DNA of 49,459 nt, filler included, from Basidiobolus ranarum (taxonomy: Eukaryota): the NCBI GenBank assembly GCA_040143965.1. It is 2 parts of 2 records of this genome, joined end to end, with 100 filler letters (N's around TTAATTAATTAA, not from the genome) between each part and the next. Parts side by side here need not be neighbours in the genome. Positions count along the whole stretch, not along the records: positions 1 to 24,751 come from JASJQH010000148.1; positions 24,852 to 49,459 come from JASJQH010000149.1. One strand, 5' to 3'. Each line of letters opens with the position of its first letter. The first letter of the stretch is position 1. Below the pieces are notes generated by a model. The model was not told where the DNA came from, ran no database searches, and saw only the letters and a list, made by a program, of their open reading frames with translations. Both the position numbers and the translations under genes were made by a program. Positions 13,722-25,499 of this stretch are shown here, piece by piece.

Positions 13722-14477
13722 TAGTGCTAATCGACAACCCGATAAAAGACGAAAGGAACTCTGGAGGCCATGAGGTTTGATCATATAATAAATTCTGATC
13801 GGGCTGTGATTGGTGCAGAATGATCAGACTGCGATCTCCTAGTGACACCCAAAATCGGATGTTGAATACTCATGGCTCTACTCGTTTGAAAGATAGAAAC
13901 AGTGAATATATATATCAGAGCGGAATGAAAGCATTTCGGAACCTCACGTGGTCATCGTCATTTTTAAGCCTATCTTTTGATCTCCAAGGCTTGTTGGTAA
14001 CACAGTGAATATCATATACCTTTTCCTATTGTCACTTCAAATAAAACCAACATAGTCGTGGTTATCTATCCTTATCTCCTTTATATCTATATATGGTGGG
14101 CAAGTCAAATTGACTCATTTGCATGCAGCTTTTTGACAGCTTGCTCCTTTGGATGGTCGTTCGATGGCATTGTTGACTAGTCTTGGTCATTTGTCTTGTA
14201 ATGAATGTTGTGGCACTCTTTACAATTACCTCAAGAAAGACTGCATCCAGTGTTATTCCACATTCTCTCATTCACACGGTTCGAATTGCTGCTTAATAGT
14301 AATTCCCCATACTGAAAATATATACGCGGGTGGATAATATATATAGCGATAAATTTATAGTAAAATCACTGTCCTCCCATCCAAAATTGGCCAATTTTAG
14401 CATAAACCACATAAATTGAAAATTCTGAATCCTTTATAAAATCTACTTTGTACGTTGTTGTAATTCCATTTTATATC

Positions 14478-16442
14478 ATGTTGGCTGCTCGTTCTCGTTT
14501 GGCTTTAAGGTTAGGAGCCGTTGTCCCTAGAGTTAGCAGGTTTGGTTCCGCTGCTGTAAGAGTGGGTAAATTCAACTTACCTTCTCTACCAGTTACTACC
14601 TTTGTAACTCGTCATGGTTATGCTACTGACGCCCAGGATAAAGTTGTACCATACACCGCAGATAAATTAACTTACATTAAGAGAGACCCAAACTTTAACC
14701 AGGTATGAGTTTTTCGAAAGCTTGAAACTTCTGTGTTTACTTTATTGTTAAACTACTTGTGGTTACGTAGATCACCGACGAGCACGTGACTTACCTGAAG
14801 TCCATTCTTTCACCTGGTTCACTCATTGTAGGTGAAAGTGATAGTGACAATGACTTACTTCCTTACAACACTGACTGGATGAATAAATATCGTGGTAAAG
14901 GACGACTCGTGGTCAGACCTAGAACTACCGAAGAAGTATCCAAAGTATTAGCATATTGTAACGAACAGAGGTATGTTACTTAGAGTTAGAATTCAATATA
15001 ACCCACTGAATCTAAGTATTCTATCCAATGTAGACTTGCTGTGGTCCCTCAAGGTGGAAACACCGGGTTGGTTGGTGGAGGAGTTCCCGTGTTTGATGAA
15101 ATCGTTCTTAGTACCAATTTATTAAACAAAGTAAGAAAATTCGACCCAGTTTCTGGATCACTCGTATGTGATGCTGGTTGCATTTTGGAGTCTTTAGAGA
15201 ACTATTTGGGTGACCGTGGTCATATTATGCCATTGGATTTGGGAGCTAAAGGAAGTTGTCACATTGGTGGAAATGTTGCTACCAATGCGGGTGGTTTAAG
15301 ATTACTTCGATATGGATCTTTGCACGGATCGGTTTTAGGATTGGAAGTTGTCTTACCTGATGGAACTGTTCTTGAAAATCTTTCTACCCTCCGAAAGGAT
15401 AATACCGGTTACGACTTGAAGCAACTTTTCATCGGCTCGGAAGGTACTTTGGGCATCATTACCGGTGTCTCCATCCTTACTCCCAAAAAGCCCAATGCGG
15501 TGAATGTGGCTCTAGTAGGCTTGAAGAGTTTCGAGCATGTTCAACAAGCTTTCCTTGGGGCCAGGGAGAATCTTTCAGAAATTTTGTCCGCATTTGAATG
15601 TTGGGATAAGTCAGCCTCCCGACTAGTTCAGTCCCATACACTTCAAAGTATGAAAAACCCACTCGAAGAAGAGCATCCATTCTATGTTCTTCTCGAGACC
15701 AGTGGGTCTAACAAGGAACATGACGACGAGGTAAGGACTGTAAAATCCAAGAAATTATTGAGAAATCGAATTCACATGTTAATTTTAAATTAGAAATTGA
15801 ACTCATATCTCGAGAAACTCATGGAAGACGGAATCATCGATGACGGAGTCATTGCACAAGATGCTACACAAGTATGATATTTAGAAGCGGCCTGTAACCA
15901 GTACAGAAATGCTAATATGGTTTACTCTATTCCAGATATTGAATCTATGGAGTCTTCGTGAATCCATTCCTGAGGCATGCAGCAAGTCTGGAGCAGTATA
16001 CAAATATGATATCTCGATGCCATTGCCAGTGTTCTACAAAATGGTGGAGGATGTAAGAGCCAGACTCAGTGAAGCAGGAGTTGTTGGTGAGGATAAGATG
16101 GTTACCGATGTCATTGGATATGGACATGTTGGTGATGGTAAATATACATTCAAACTTATTACTTCTGTACCTCATCTAAACTAAGCATGTGTAGGAAATC
16201 TGCATCTCAATGTTACCGCCAAGAAATATGATGCCGAGGTAACTAAATTGATTGAACCATACGTTTATGAATGGGCAGCCAAGTACAATGGATCCATTTC
16301 AGCAGAACATGGTTTAGGCTTGATGAAAGCACCCTACATCGGTTACTCAAAATCTAAACCCATGGTTGAGATGATGAAGAGAATCAAGACAGTCTTTGAT
16401 CCCAATGGCATTATGAACCCTTACAAATTTTTACCTCAATGA
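14478..16442 (+). CDS. DLD2: Mitochondrial D-2-hydroxyglutarate/D-lactate dehydrogenase (FAD-linked oxidase), 5 introns
   Basis: Presequence [112 protein letters not shown]. Confidence 0.93.
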
Positions 16443-16604
16443 TAGCGTGTTTATAAAATTGTAATAAATCTGATTTGAATTATGACATGCTTGGACCACC
16501 ACCATATATATATATATACACCAATTGTATAAAATTTTTGATTCATTTAAGTTTGGATAGGTGTGTATATAATTGCAAGTGTTGACTATAGCAAGCCTAA
16601 GAAA

Positions 16605-18175
16605 ATGCTTCAATACACCAAGCTACTGTCCAGAAAAGCGAACGTTCGTTCCTTCTCAAGCTTCATACCTCTCTATACTTACCAAGCTCGTGTAATTGGT
16701 GCACCAAATTCGTCAGAGTACCGAGTTTATTGTGGTATGTATTGCAATTGGTATACTTCAAATGCCAAAATATACTTATTAACTAGTAACCACTTATGGA
16801 TTTGAATTAAAGAGAAAGACGGTCAAGTAATTTCCCCTTTTCACGATATCCCTTTGTTCGCAAATGAACAGAAGAAAACTTTTAACATGGTAGTAGAAAT
16901 ACCTAGATGGACCAATGCTAAACTAGAGGTAGAGTAACTATGAACAGTTTCAAAATAACCGGTGGTCGAATTGAACCATTTCATTCTCTTTGGTTATTCA
17001 AGAAATAAGAAGGATACGTTATTGAAGGTTTATTGTTATTAGATGTCTATTGGAAAGTCTTTTAACCCTATCAAACAAGACGTCAAAAAAGGGAATCTTC
17101 GCTTTGTTAGAAACTGTTTCCCTCATAAAGGATACATATGGAATTATGGTGCTTTACCTCAGGTTTGCCTTAAAAAAATAAGAGAAAATTTGTAACCCCA
17201 AGTAATCAATACTTCCTAGACTTGGGAAGATCCAACCCACATCCACGAAGAAACTAACGCTAAAGGAGACAACGATCCCCTCGACTTTCTCGAAATTGGT
17301 CAAAAAATCGCCTACACTGGGGAAGTTAAAGAGGTCAAGGTTTTGGGAGTAATGGCTTTACTAGATGAAGGTTTGTTAAATTTTACGAATGGAGAAGTCC
17401 CGAATTAACCAAGATTTGTATAGGTGAAACTGACTGGAAAGTTATTGGCATTGATGTTAAAGATCCTTTGGCTGATAAATGTCATAGTAAGCAAATATTG
17501 AATGCTACCTCTGCTCATTATACATTATGGCTAATTGGCAATGTTTAGATGTCGAGGATTTGAAGGAGCATTTCCCTGGTTTAATAGAAGCCACTCGTGA
17601 ATGGTTCCGTATTTACAAAATTCCAGATGGAAAAGCTGAAAATCAGTTTGCATTTGATGGAGAAGTTAAGAATAAGGTTAGAATTAAAGGTCACTGATAA
17701 TTACTTGAATTGATTCTGACAGGTTTTGTATTCCTAGGAATATGCTCTTGATGTTATCAAAGACACTCATCAAGCCTGGAAAAACCTGGTTAATGGAACC
17801 ATACCTGCCATCACTGGGACCCTCGATATATCTTTGTGAGTCTTTGTTGCTATCGATACTAAAAAATCGACTCTTTCTCACCTCTTTATTCATTACCAGG
17901 GCAAACACTACCCTTAACAACGATTCTACGTTGACCAGTGAGGATGATAGCTATAAAGCTATTCCCAAGGTGATAACAAGTTGCTTGCTATTAGTTGAGG
18001 TCATTTTCTTATTTCTTTATTATATATAAACACAGCATTCTCCCTTACCCGCCGAGCCGATCGACTCTTCAGGTAAGTTGAATTTATCTACAGATAGATT
18101 TTACTTGATTGTTCATTAGTTTGTTCTTTAGTGGATAAATGGTTCTTTATCACACGTTCTACCGATACTGTCTGA
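16605..18175 (+). CDS. Family I inorganic pyrophosphatase with N-terminal mitochondrial presequence, 9 introns
   Basis: [84 protein letters not shown]; stop TGA at 18173-18175. Confidence 0.93.
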
Positions 18176-18299
18176 GCCGTATAGTCGAACCGTTCATTTA
18201 TCCATCGCATACGCTTCTATCAAGCACATTTTTAAAATAATAAATTTGTTTGTAACCAATATGCCGTTCACTACTGATAACGACAACCATGGGGATTTA

Positions 18300-19283
18300 T
18301 TATAAGATTATGCAGCAGGTGCTATCCATCCTCTTGGAATTTTCTTTACAATCGAGGTCCTCTTTATCTGTTTGATGAGAATCCATCGTACATGCATTAG
18401 ATGTGAGACTTGCGAATTCCTATGTCACAGTTATTTGATTAGTAGAGAGATTGAAAAGATCAGTAAACCACTTACAATCGTTTCAGGAATATCGATGACT
18501 AGATTGTGGTATTTTGACTCCTTTAATGGCTCCTTTAAATGGACTATTTTTGAGTTCAGCTCGCTACCATTGTCCTTACCGGATAAATGGCTGTCATTAA
18601 CTCGTTTTTCTTGACTCTTGTTCGATCGTTTATCCAAAATAATGTCACACAAGTCACCATCGCTATGACCATCGAAATCAGTCACTGTTAATCGAAATTC
18701 GTCTGGTGACTGTTTGCTCTTAACACTACTTTCAGTAGGTGTATCTCCCAAGGTAGTATTTTGAGTTTGACCATACCAAAGATCAGCCAAAGCCAACTTT
18801 TCATTCTCCGAGATCTCATGGTTCATTTTCATCCGCTTGTAAACAGATGGGATTAGAATCTCATCGAAAGGGACACCTGATGCCTCGCTTTCAATGCGTT
18901 CACCTGGTTGGTTGGTTGAGTTCATATCAGATGAAGAGAAAATGGAGAATAACTCTTTTGAGGGTATATTGTAGCATTGGTTCTTTTCGCGTCTATCCAA
19001 CTCAGTGGAGGATCGAATTTTGTCCCGCTTTTGAAAAGGTAGTGGTATTCTTCGTTGGTTGGAGTTCGGTTCTAATAGCTGGACTTCGATTTCCTAAAAA
19101 TAAACCGTACGTGATTAAATCAATAGTCAATCCTCCTAGTAAAAGCTACTAAGAACCAACATTGGTGTGTAGTTTGTTGAAACGAATCTCGAATGCTGAA
19201 ATAGGGAATAATAGGGAACTATCAGCGAATGAAGTAGGCAAGGAACTCTCACTCTCGTCAACCATCAAGTGCTCTCTACCCAT
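18300..19283 (-). CDS. Uncharacterised hydrophilic protein with C-terminal CaaX box (..STCCIIL), possibly Mod5/TeaR-like
   Basis: Three exons 19283-19161, 19093-18476 and 18419-18300 joined by phase-0 GT-AG introns keep one open frame. The last exon ends TGC TGC ATA ATC TTA TAA. The start codon (19283 or a downstream ATG) is uncertain. Confidence 0.7.
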
Positions 19284-19777
19284 CCTTTTGTTCCACAACC
19301 AAAAGTAGTACAAATCCAAATTCAAAGTGTAAATCAACCGATATTCTTAGATAAAGTAATATGGCAGCTTATAAACGATTGAGTTTCATCGTAATGTTGT
19401 TTCATCTAGTAACATGATCAAGGAAAGAGGTGGCGCATACGTACCTGAGCAGTATATCGATCAGATCAATGAAAACGAAACATTCGCCAATACTGGATTC
19501 AATACTGTAGTATAGAAGCAGATGTGTTTCGCTCTCATGAAGTTGGTTTCATAATACTTTGTGAATGGTGATGATGCACAAATGTCACTAATGATGTGTC
19601 TTTCAATTAATTCATTTTATTCATCTTTACTTTGCTACAGAAGTTCTTTGGATGACACGCATCCTTCTTGGAGAAAGATACTTTAAGCGAAGTAAGAAGA
19701 TGCTACGTGTAGGTATATACATGAGATTTCTTTACGTAAATTACGTTTCATGGAATGAAAGTGGACTGGTAATGGAC

Positions 19778-21891
19778 TTAGACACCACCACCGCTTCTTT
19801 CAGTGGGGATTTGTCTGTTATAGGAGACATCGGAGTTCTTTTCGTTGGATTCAGCTTCAATATATTCTGCTGGTAGACCCATGGTCTTCAAGAAATCGAA
19901 TGATTCCCGGTATTCTTTTTCCTTACGTGCTTGATCCCAGTTGAGCTCTTGTGCCATGATCTCAATCACTCTGGGAAGTGACTCCAAAGCTGCATGTGCG
20001 TTCAAGAAGGCCAATCGAGTACGACGAGCAAGTACGTCAACTGCGGTACAAGCGTATTCATTACGAACGGCATAGACAATCTCTGCTTCGATGTATGGGT
20101 AAAGCTGATTCAAACGGTGTCCGACCTTAGGATAGGATTTGTTGGTAGACTCGGCAAGTGCGGCTACGTTCCAAGCACGGTCACCATAACTAGATGCCAA
20201 ATGTTGAGCTACTTCGGTCTCCAAACCAAAATGTTGAATCAATCTAATAAACATGGTATTGCTATATCCGTGAGATCCGAGAAGTTGGGTAGTCTCAGTA
20301 AGACAGTCGGAAGTGGGCTTCAAATCGAGAACTTCAATAGCCTTATCAATGGTCTCTTCGGCCATAGATCTATAGGTAGTCCACTTACCACCAGCAATAG
20401 TCACCAAATTACTATCACTAACATTGATCATGTGGTTACGAACTAGAGAAGCGGTGTCCTTGCTGGAAGGATCACGAACAAGAGGACGGATACCGGACCA
20501 AGCGGCGAGAACATCACTACGACGAACCTTAACATCTGAACTCAAGTATCTCTGTACTTCCTCTAGAATCCATGCAATCTCTTCTTCTTGTGCCAATGGA
20601 TTGGCGGTAACTTCAGTCTTAGAATCAGTAGTACCAGCAATCACATTTCCTTGCCATGGAAGGAAGAAGATGACACGACCATCAGTAGTGGCAGGGTCTA
20701 AAAGACCCATGTTTTGAGGGCTGTAGTAGTTAGGAAGGATGATGTGAACACCAGCACTAGGGGCTACGATTTCTGCTTCTTTAGGCTCATCCATCTTACG
20801 AAGACCATCGGTGAAAGGTCCGGTAGCATTGATTACACCCTTGGCCTTTACAGTCCACTCCTCTCCAGTGAAAGTGTCTCTTACGATGGCACCACGGACG
20901 ACTTCTTTGGTTTTATCTTCTGGAGAAGGCTCCTTTACGAGACTAACAACTTCAACATGATTGGCAACAACCGCACCATGAGCAGCGGCAGTAAGAGCTA
21001 GGGTTACATTCATTCTAGAGTCATTGTGTTGACCATCGTAGTAGACTAAAGCACCAACTAAGTTCTCCTCCTTCAACATAGGGAAGGCTTCCAAAGCCTT
21101 GCTCTTTCCTAGAACGTAACTGCTCTCCAATTTTTCTTTACCAGCAAAAATATCGTAGAACTTGCATCCAACCCAGTAATAAGGTAATTGCCACCATCTA
21201 AAGTAGAAGTTAGGTAAGTATATGGATACAGATTGAGGATCAATAGACAATGTGACTTACTTATAAACAGGCAACATAATTGGGAGTTGGTAACTCAAAT
21301 AAGGGGCAATCTTCAAAAAGGTGGCTCTCTCATGAAGTGCCTCTGTGACAAGCTTATATTGTTCGTAATCAAGCTCCATGAAAGCCTTTTCAAGATAACG
21401 GACACCACCATGAACTAACTTGGTAGATCTGGAAGAGGTACCTAAGAAAGAAAGTAAAGTTTAGTTAAAGGATTTAAAATAGTATGACAGAAAATGGACA
21501 TACCCGAAGCGAAATCATCACGTTCAACCAAAGCAACCTTTAATCCTCTAGTAGCAGCATCTAAAGCCACACCAGTACCAGTTGCACCACCACCAACAAT
21601 CAACAAGTCAAAAGGTGGTTCGCTTTGCTCGGCTGCTGGGCGCTCAGAACCATCCTTTTGAAAGCCCTTGAGTTGATTAATGACTTCCTGACGATTAGGA
21701 GGGGACCAGAAGGTTTTTGGTCTGTTGGGGTCGACGTCATCCAAAGCAAGAGGTTTCGAATCAGAATAGACTTGTGACAAGAAAGGGGTTCTGGGTTTCT
21801 TCTGGTTAAGATAATAAAAGGAAGTGGCAGCAGCACCAGTGGCAACTAGGGAGCTGCAAAGGTAAGGTTTGGTTCTTAAACGAGCCCACAT
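19778..21891 (-). CDS. GUT2: Mitochondrial FAD-dependent glycerol-3-phosphate dehydrogenase
   Basis: Exons 21891-21504, 21441-21261 and 21197-19778; [78 protein letters not shown]. Confidence 0.96.
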
Positions 21892-22344
21892 GAACAGGTT
21901 GGGAAATAAAATGATTTCAGTATGATGCTGCTGGAGGTGAAACCACGAGTTTATATAAGAAGGAAAAAATCGACAGTTGCTACAAAGAAAGGATTTTTGA
22001 TTTGTCAACCCCACATTACATGTGAAAATGACTGATCGTTGATGAAAATTCAACAACAATTCCTGCTATTCATAATATTCTTTCCATATGTGGAAATACG
22101 TTTAGACTATGTAATATAGACTAAACTCGCAAGCGTTGGCCCGGTAACGAGATTACGTACCAGATTTCCAAGAAAACGATGGCTTGGATTGAATATGGCG
22201 GATACGATATAGTCCAATGGTGTGGGAGGTGTGACATTTCAATCCCATTTAGAGCCATGTTTCATACATTCAAGCTCAACCACCTACCTGAGATGATGAG
22301 ACAGATTGTCCTTTGCTTGGTAGTAGAAACCCCTAGAGTAACCT

Positions 22345-22414
22345 TTGGAGTAACCATTGGATAGAGTAGCCCTTGGCGTAACCATTTGATAGAGCAGCCC
22401 TTGGAGTAACATTG
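22345..22414. repeat. Imperfect 28-nt tandem repeat, ~2.5 copies
   Basis: TTGGAGTAACCATTGGATAGAGTAGCCC / TTGGCGTAACCATTTGATAGAGCAGCCC / TTGGAGTAACATTG. Confidence 0.8.
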
Positions 22415-22811
22415 AAAATGGCTCTTATTTGATCACGAGCTCAATCTTGACAACCACTCTATCGAACTTCGATTAGACCAAAGGTATGGCCAAGGTATAT
22501 ACAACCGCGATTGGCTTCGAACACATATTGGAGGCGAGTAGGATTTTTCAAACGGAGTGTAACAAGTAACTTCTCTGCTAGTCTGTCGGCTCTATCGGCA
22601 ATTGATAAATCTGCCAGTTGTATTCCGAACATTCATGCAGAATGCGGCCGTCAGTTTTCCAAATTAGTGCAGGTTTGTGCCTAGAAGACATTCATTTCTG
22701 GTCGAAGCAGTATTTCTCAATTTGGTTCTACAAAAATTTTCCCCCTCAACCCCTGCCCATTAAGAATCTGTGGCTGGGATATACTAGGTAATACTGGATG
22801 TGGAGAAAATC

Positions 22812-22899
22812 ACATTAAAATGTGGATATAAATCACTCGTACATTAAAATGTGGATATAAATCACTCGTACATTAAAATGTGGATATAAAAATACTCGT
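22812..22899. repeat. 29-nt tandem repeat x3
   Basis: ACATTAAAATGTGGATATAAATCACTCGT twice exactly, plus a third copy with a small variant. Confidence 0.92.
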
Positions 22900-24426
22900 T
22901 ACGGATCGATAATATATCCGATACCAGATTTAGATGGGAGTTTCATTCACTTATGACACCTTGCACCCACACCACGCACTCACTTGAATGAATGATGTGA
23001 AACTGATCAACAGATAAACGAATGACGATTGCTTATTACCAGTTATTATTGTTATGTTACTAGTGTTGATTGTATTGCTAACTTCACTTGGGATGTTCTT
23101 TTATTTCCGATTGATTATTGGGAAGATCAGATAGTGAGAGAGCGTGTGCCTGATGAGTGTATACCTGATGATACAATATGCATTTACCCCGCACCATGAG
23201 TTACCTAAAGTGTGATGCTTTTACGTAATTCTTTCGCCATCAATCTTCCCAACCACCCACACTAACTCCCCATAAAGTGTTCTAGAAATCTGAGTGCTAT
23301 ATATATATATATCCATTCCCATCCTTTCATTCCCCAACAGATCACTCTCCCTTGGCTAGTATGGATAGTACACGTTCTATTATTCTGGAAATAGGAAATT
23401 ATTACTCCGATTAGAGAAATGGAATCTGACATTCCATGAATTATTCAGTGTTGGACTTGTAGTATTAAAGCTGTAGATGTGGTCGAAATAGTACTGAAGA
23501 TCTGCACATGAATGGGATTAAATATGGGTCATGTTTATCCTGTTTGGTACTTATCTTGTGAGTCAAATCTAAGCCTTGGTTTTGAATATATCTGACAGAA
23601 GTGTCAAACTCTCATATTTATTATGCTCCCAACTTCCAGAGTACTTTTCCAAGGTTGTTTAACTTCACTTTGGATACAATATATACTTGTGTTCCAGCAC
23701 AACAAATACTGCTAATATATCCCCAATACTTCAGCATATTGATTCGATACATAGGATTACCATTTATTTTGGCTATATCCTCTCTTATGTTAAAACATCG
23801 TATTGATACAGCCATAATTTGCTAGTAAATCAAGAGATTTCAAAGTAACAGATGGCAAGCAGACAAGTGGTAAAATTTTGAATATTTCTCAAACAACAAT
23901 CTTGAAAGTGCCTCAAATTATCCAAGATTATCTCCAAAGATACTCTATAGCTCTTAACTGATCCATGTATTTTTGCCAATATTTAGAATTCTGTTTGTTA
24001 AGAGATGAGTATTGTCTGAATATTACTTGATAGGATTTTGATAACATTAGGAGATACATTATGAAAGTATTAAAGTCTGGCTCACCATGCATTTGCAGGT
24101 ACTGGTCAGGTTTAGATACAAGTATCATTTTAAGAAGTGAATATATACTAATGAGAATAAGAGTATAGTTTCACACTAACACTCATCAAGATTATTCATA
24201 TCCATACTGGATAGCCATATACTCTAAATACTATTTAAAATGAATTGCTGATCATATCTACGCTATATCGATGAAACAATGATGGTAGCCTAAATAATAT
24301 TGCCATAATTATAAAACCAAAAATGAAATAACTCAATTACAAGCAGTGACCTCAAAACTGATCAACTGGCTTCATTTAACGCAAATGTAGATAACATCAC
24401 AAAGAGTAGTGGAATCACCTTCACAA

Positions 24427-24750
24427 TGTTGTAATTAGCATTGCCTAAGCATCTATATAGTCATATATAGCTCAATACTTAGTTATCTTATATTTCATCA
24501 AGATATTGTTGAAATTAGCATTGCCTAAACACCTATATAGTCATATATAGCTTAGTACTTAGTTATCTTATAGTTCACTAAGATATTATCAATTATTCTC
24601 ATAAGGAATTTACTTAGAATATTTTTACCAATTCAAGCATCTTGACAAAACTATAAATGTCAACTTTCTACTCAATAAATCAATAAGTGAAAACCACCAA
24701 TTCCTCTAATTCTCCAAACCACTTCCAACAGGCTCCCAAATACTTTAACA
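24427..24750 (+). mobile_element. Family A LTR (24507-24750, internally shortened) abutting or nested in the 5' 80 nt of another family A LTR (24427-24506)
   Basis: Two successive starts TGTTG(T/A)AATTAGCATTGCCTAA; ends CCCAAATACTTTAACA just before the gap. Confidence 0.8.
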
Positions 24751-24751
24751 T

Positions 24752-24851
24752 NNNNNNNNNNNNNNNNNNNNNNNNNNNNNNNNNNNNNNNNNNNNTTAAT
24801 TAATTAANNNNNNNNNNNNNNNNNNNNNNNNNNNNNNNNNNNNNNNNNNNN
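24752..24851. other. Assembly gap with artificial six-frame-stop linker
   Basis: 44 N + TTAATTAATTAA + 44 N = 100 nt. Confidence 0.95.
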
Positions 24852-25425
24852 ACGCTTAACAGGCATGTTTGTTATGATCTAAGCACATCCAATAGTCCTA
24901 TTTCATAGTAAACTATAAATAGGACATATTCAATTCAATAAAACTTAAGTGTCTAATTCACATATCCAAATCTTGCCCAAAACACTTCCAAATCCCCTGA
25001 ACACTTTCATCAATATTTGACTAAGAAATGCTAACTAACTTATATGTGATATATGAAATAGTTAGGTGTATAAAGATAGAGATAACAAATATGATAAAGA
25101 TAATAAACTTCAACACTCCCACTCAAAAAAATATTGATATACCTTAATCCTAACTTAAATCTTAGTACTTTAAATTTTGGCTTGGGTAATGGTTTGGTAA
25201 GGATGTCAGCAATCATGTCCTCAGTTGGATAGTACTGTAGTTGGACATGCTTATTCTCAATAGCTTCCCTAACAAAGTGATGTTGAATGATCTAAGCACA
25301 TCCAATAGTCCTATTTCATAGTAAACTATAAATAGGACATATTCAATTCAATAAAACTTAAGTGTTTAATTCACAAATCCAAATCTTGTCCAAAACACTT
25401 CCAAATCCCCTAAACACTTTTATCA
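24852..25425. mobile_element. Mosaic: two 3' fragments of family B LTR (+; 24852-25012 and ~25288-25425) flanking a minus-strand copia 3' end of a third family (~25013-25290)
   Basis: Duplicated ATGATCTAAGCACATCCAATAGTCC...CACTTT(C/T)ATCA. The minus strand encodes an RNase H end IQHHFVREAIENKHVQLQYYPTEDMIADILTKPLPKPKF, then PPT TTGAGTGGGAG and an LTR start TGTTGAAG. Confidence 0.8.
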
Positions 25426-25499
25426 GAATAGGCAACTATGGGGAACAAATACTGATCCAAGTGCTCTAAAATTAGCCTGTTTCAAGCTTAGAAATTGAA

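Noticed and set aside
18060-18190. Cryptic peroxisomal PTS1 by readthrough or intron retention in the pyrophosphatase
   Set aside because: Readthrough of TGA gives only AV*, and retention of the last intron ends in LIVH*; neither is SKL-like.
19560-19700. C/D-box snoRNA (GTGATGA)
   Set aside because: No downstream CTGA D box or terminal stem.
19994-21001. Antisense ORFs over GUT2 (similarly over metH, LYS9 and DBP8)
   Set aside because: These are shadow ORFs from codon bias on the opposite strand of conserved genes, with no recognisable motifs.
22812-22899. 29-nt direct repeats as a CRISPR-like array
   Set aside because: The repeats are contiguous with no spacers, and the context is eukaryotic with no cas genes.
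22988-23134. Hydrophobic mini-ORF (MLLVLIVLLTSLGMFFYFRLIIGKIR)
   Set aside because: T-rich DNA yields such peptides by chance, there is an in-frame stop just upstream, and nothing else supports it.
23400-24300. Possible decayed non-LTR retroelement (RYIGLPF resembles RT motif YLG)
   Set aside because: A single weak motif is too little to call without a profile search.
24796-24807. Palindromic TTAATTAATTAA inside the N run
   Set aside because: It is centred in an exactly 100-nt gap and has stops in all six frames, so it is a scaffolding linker, not biology.
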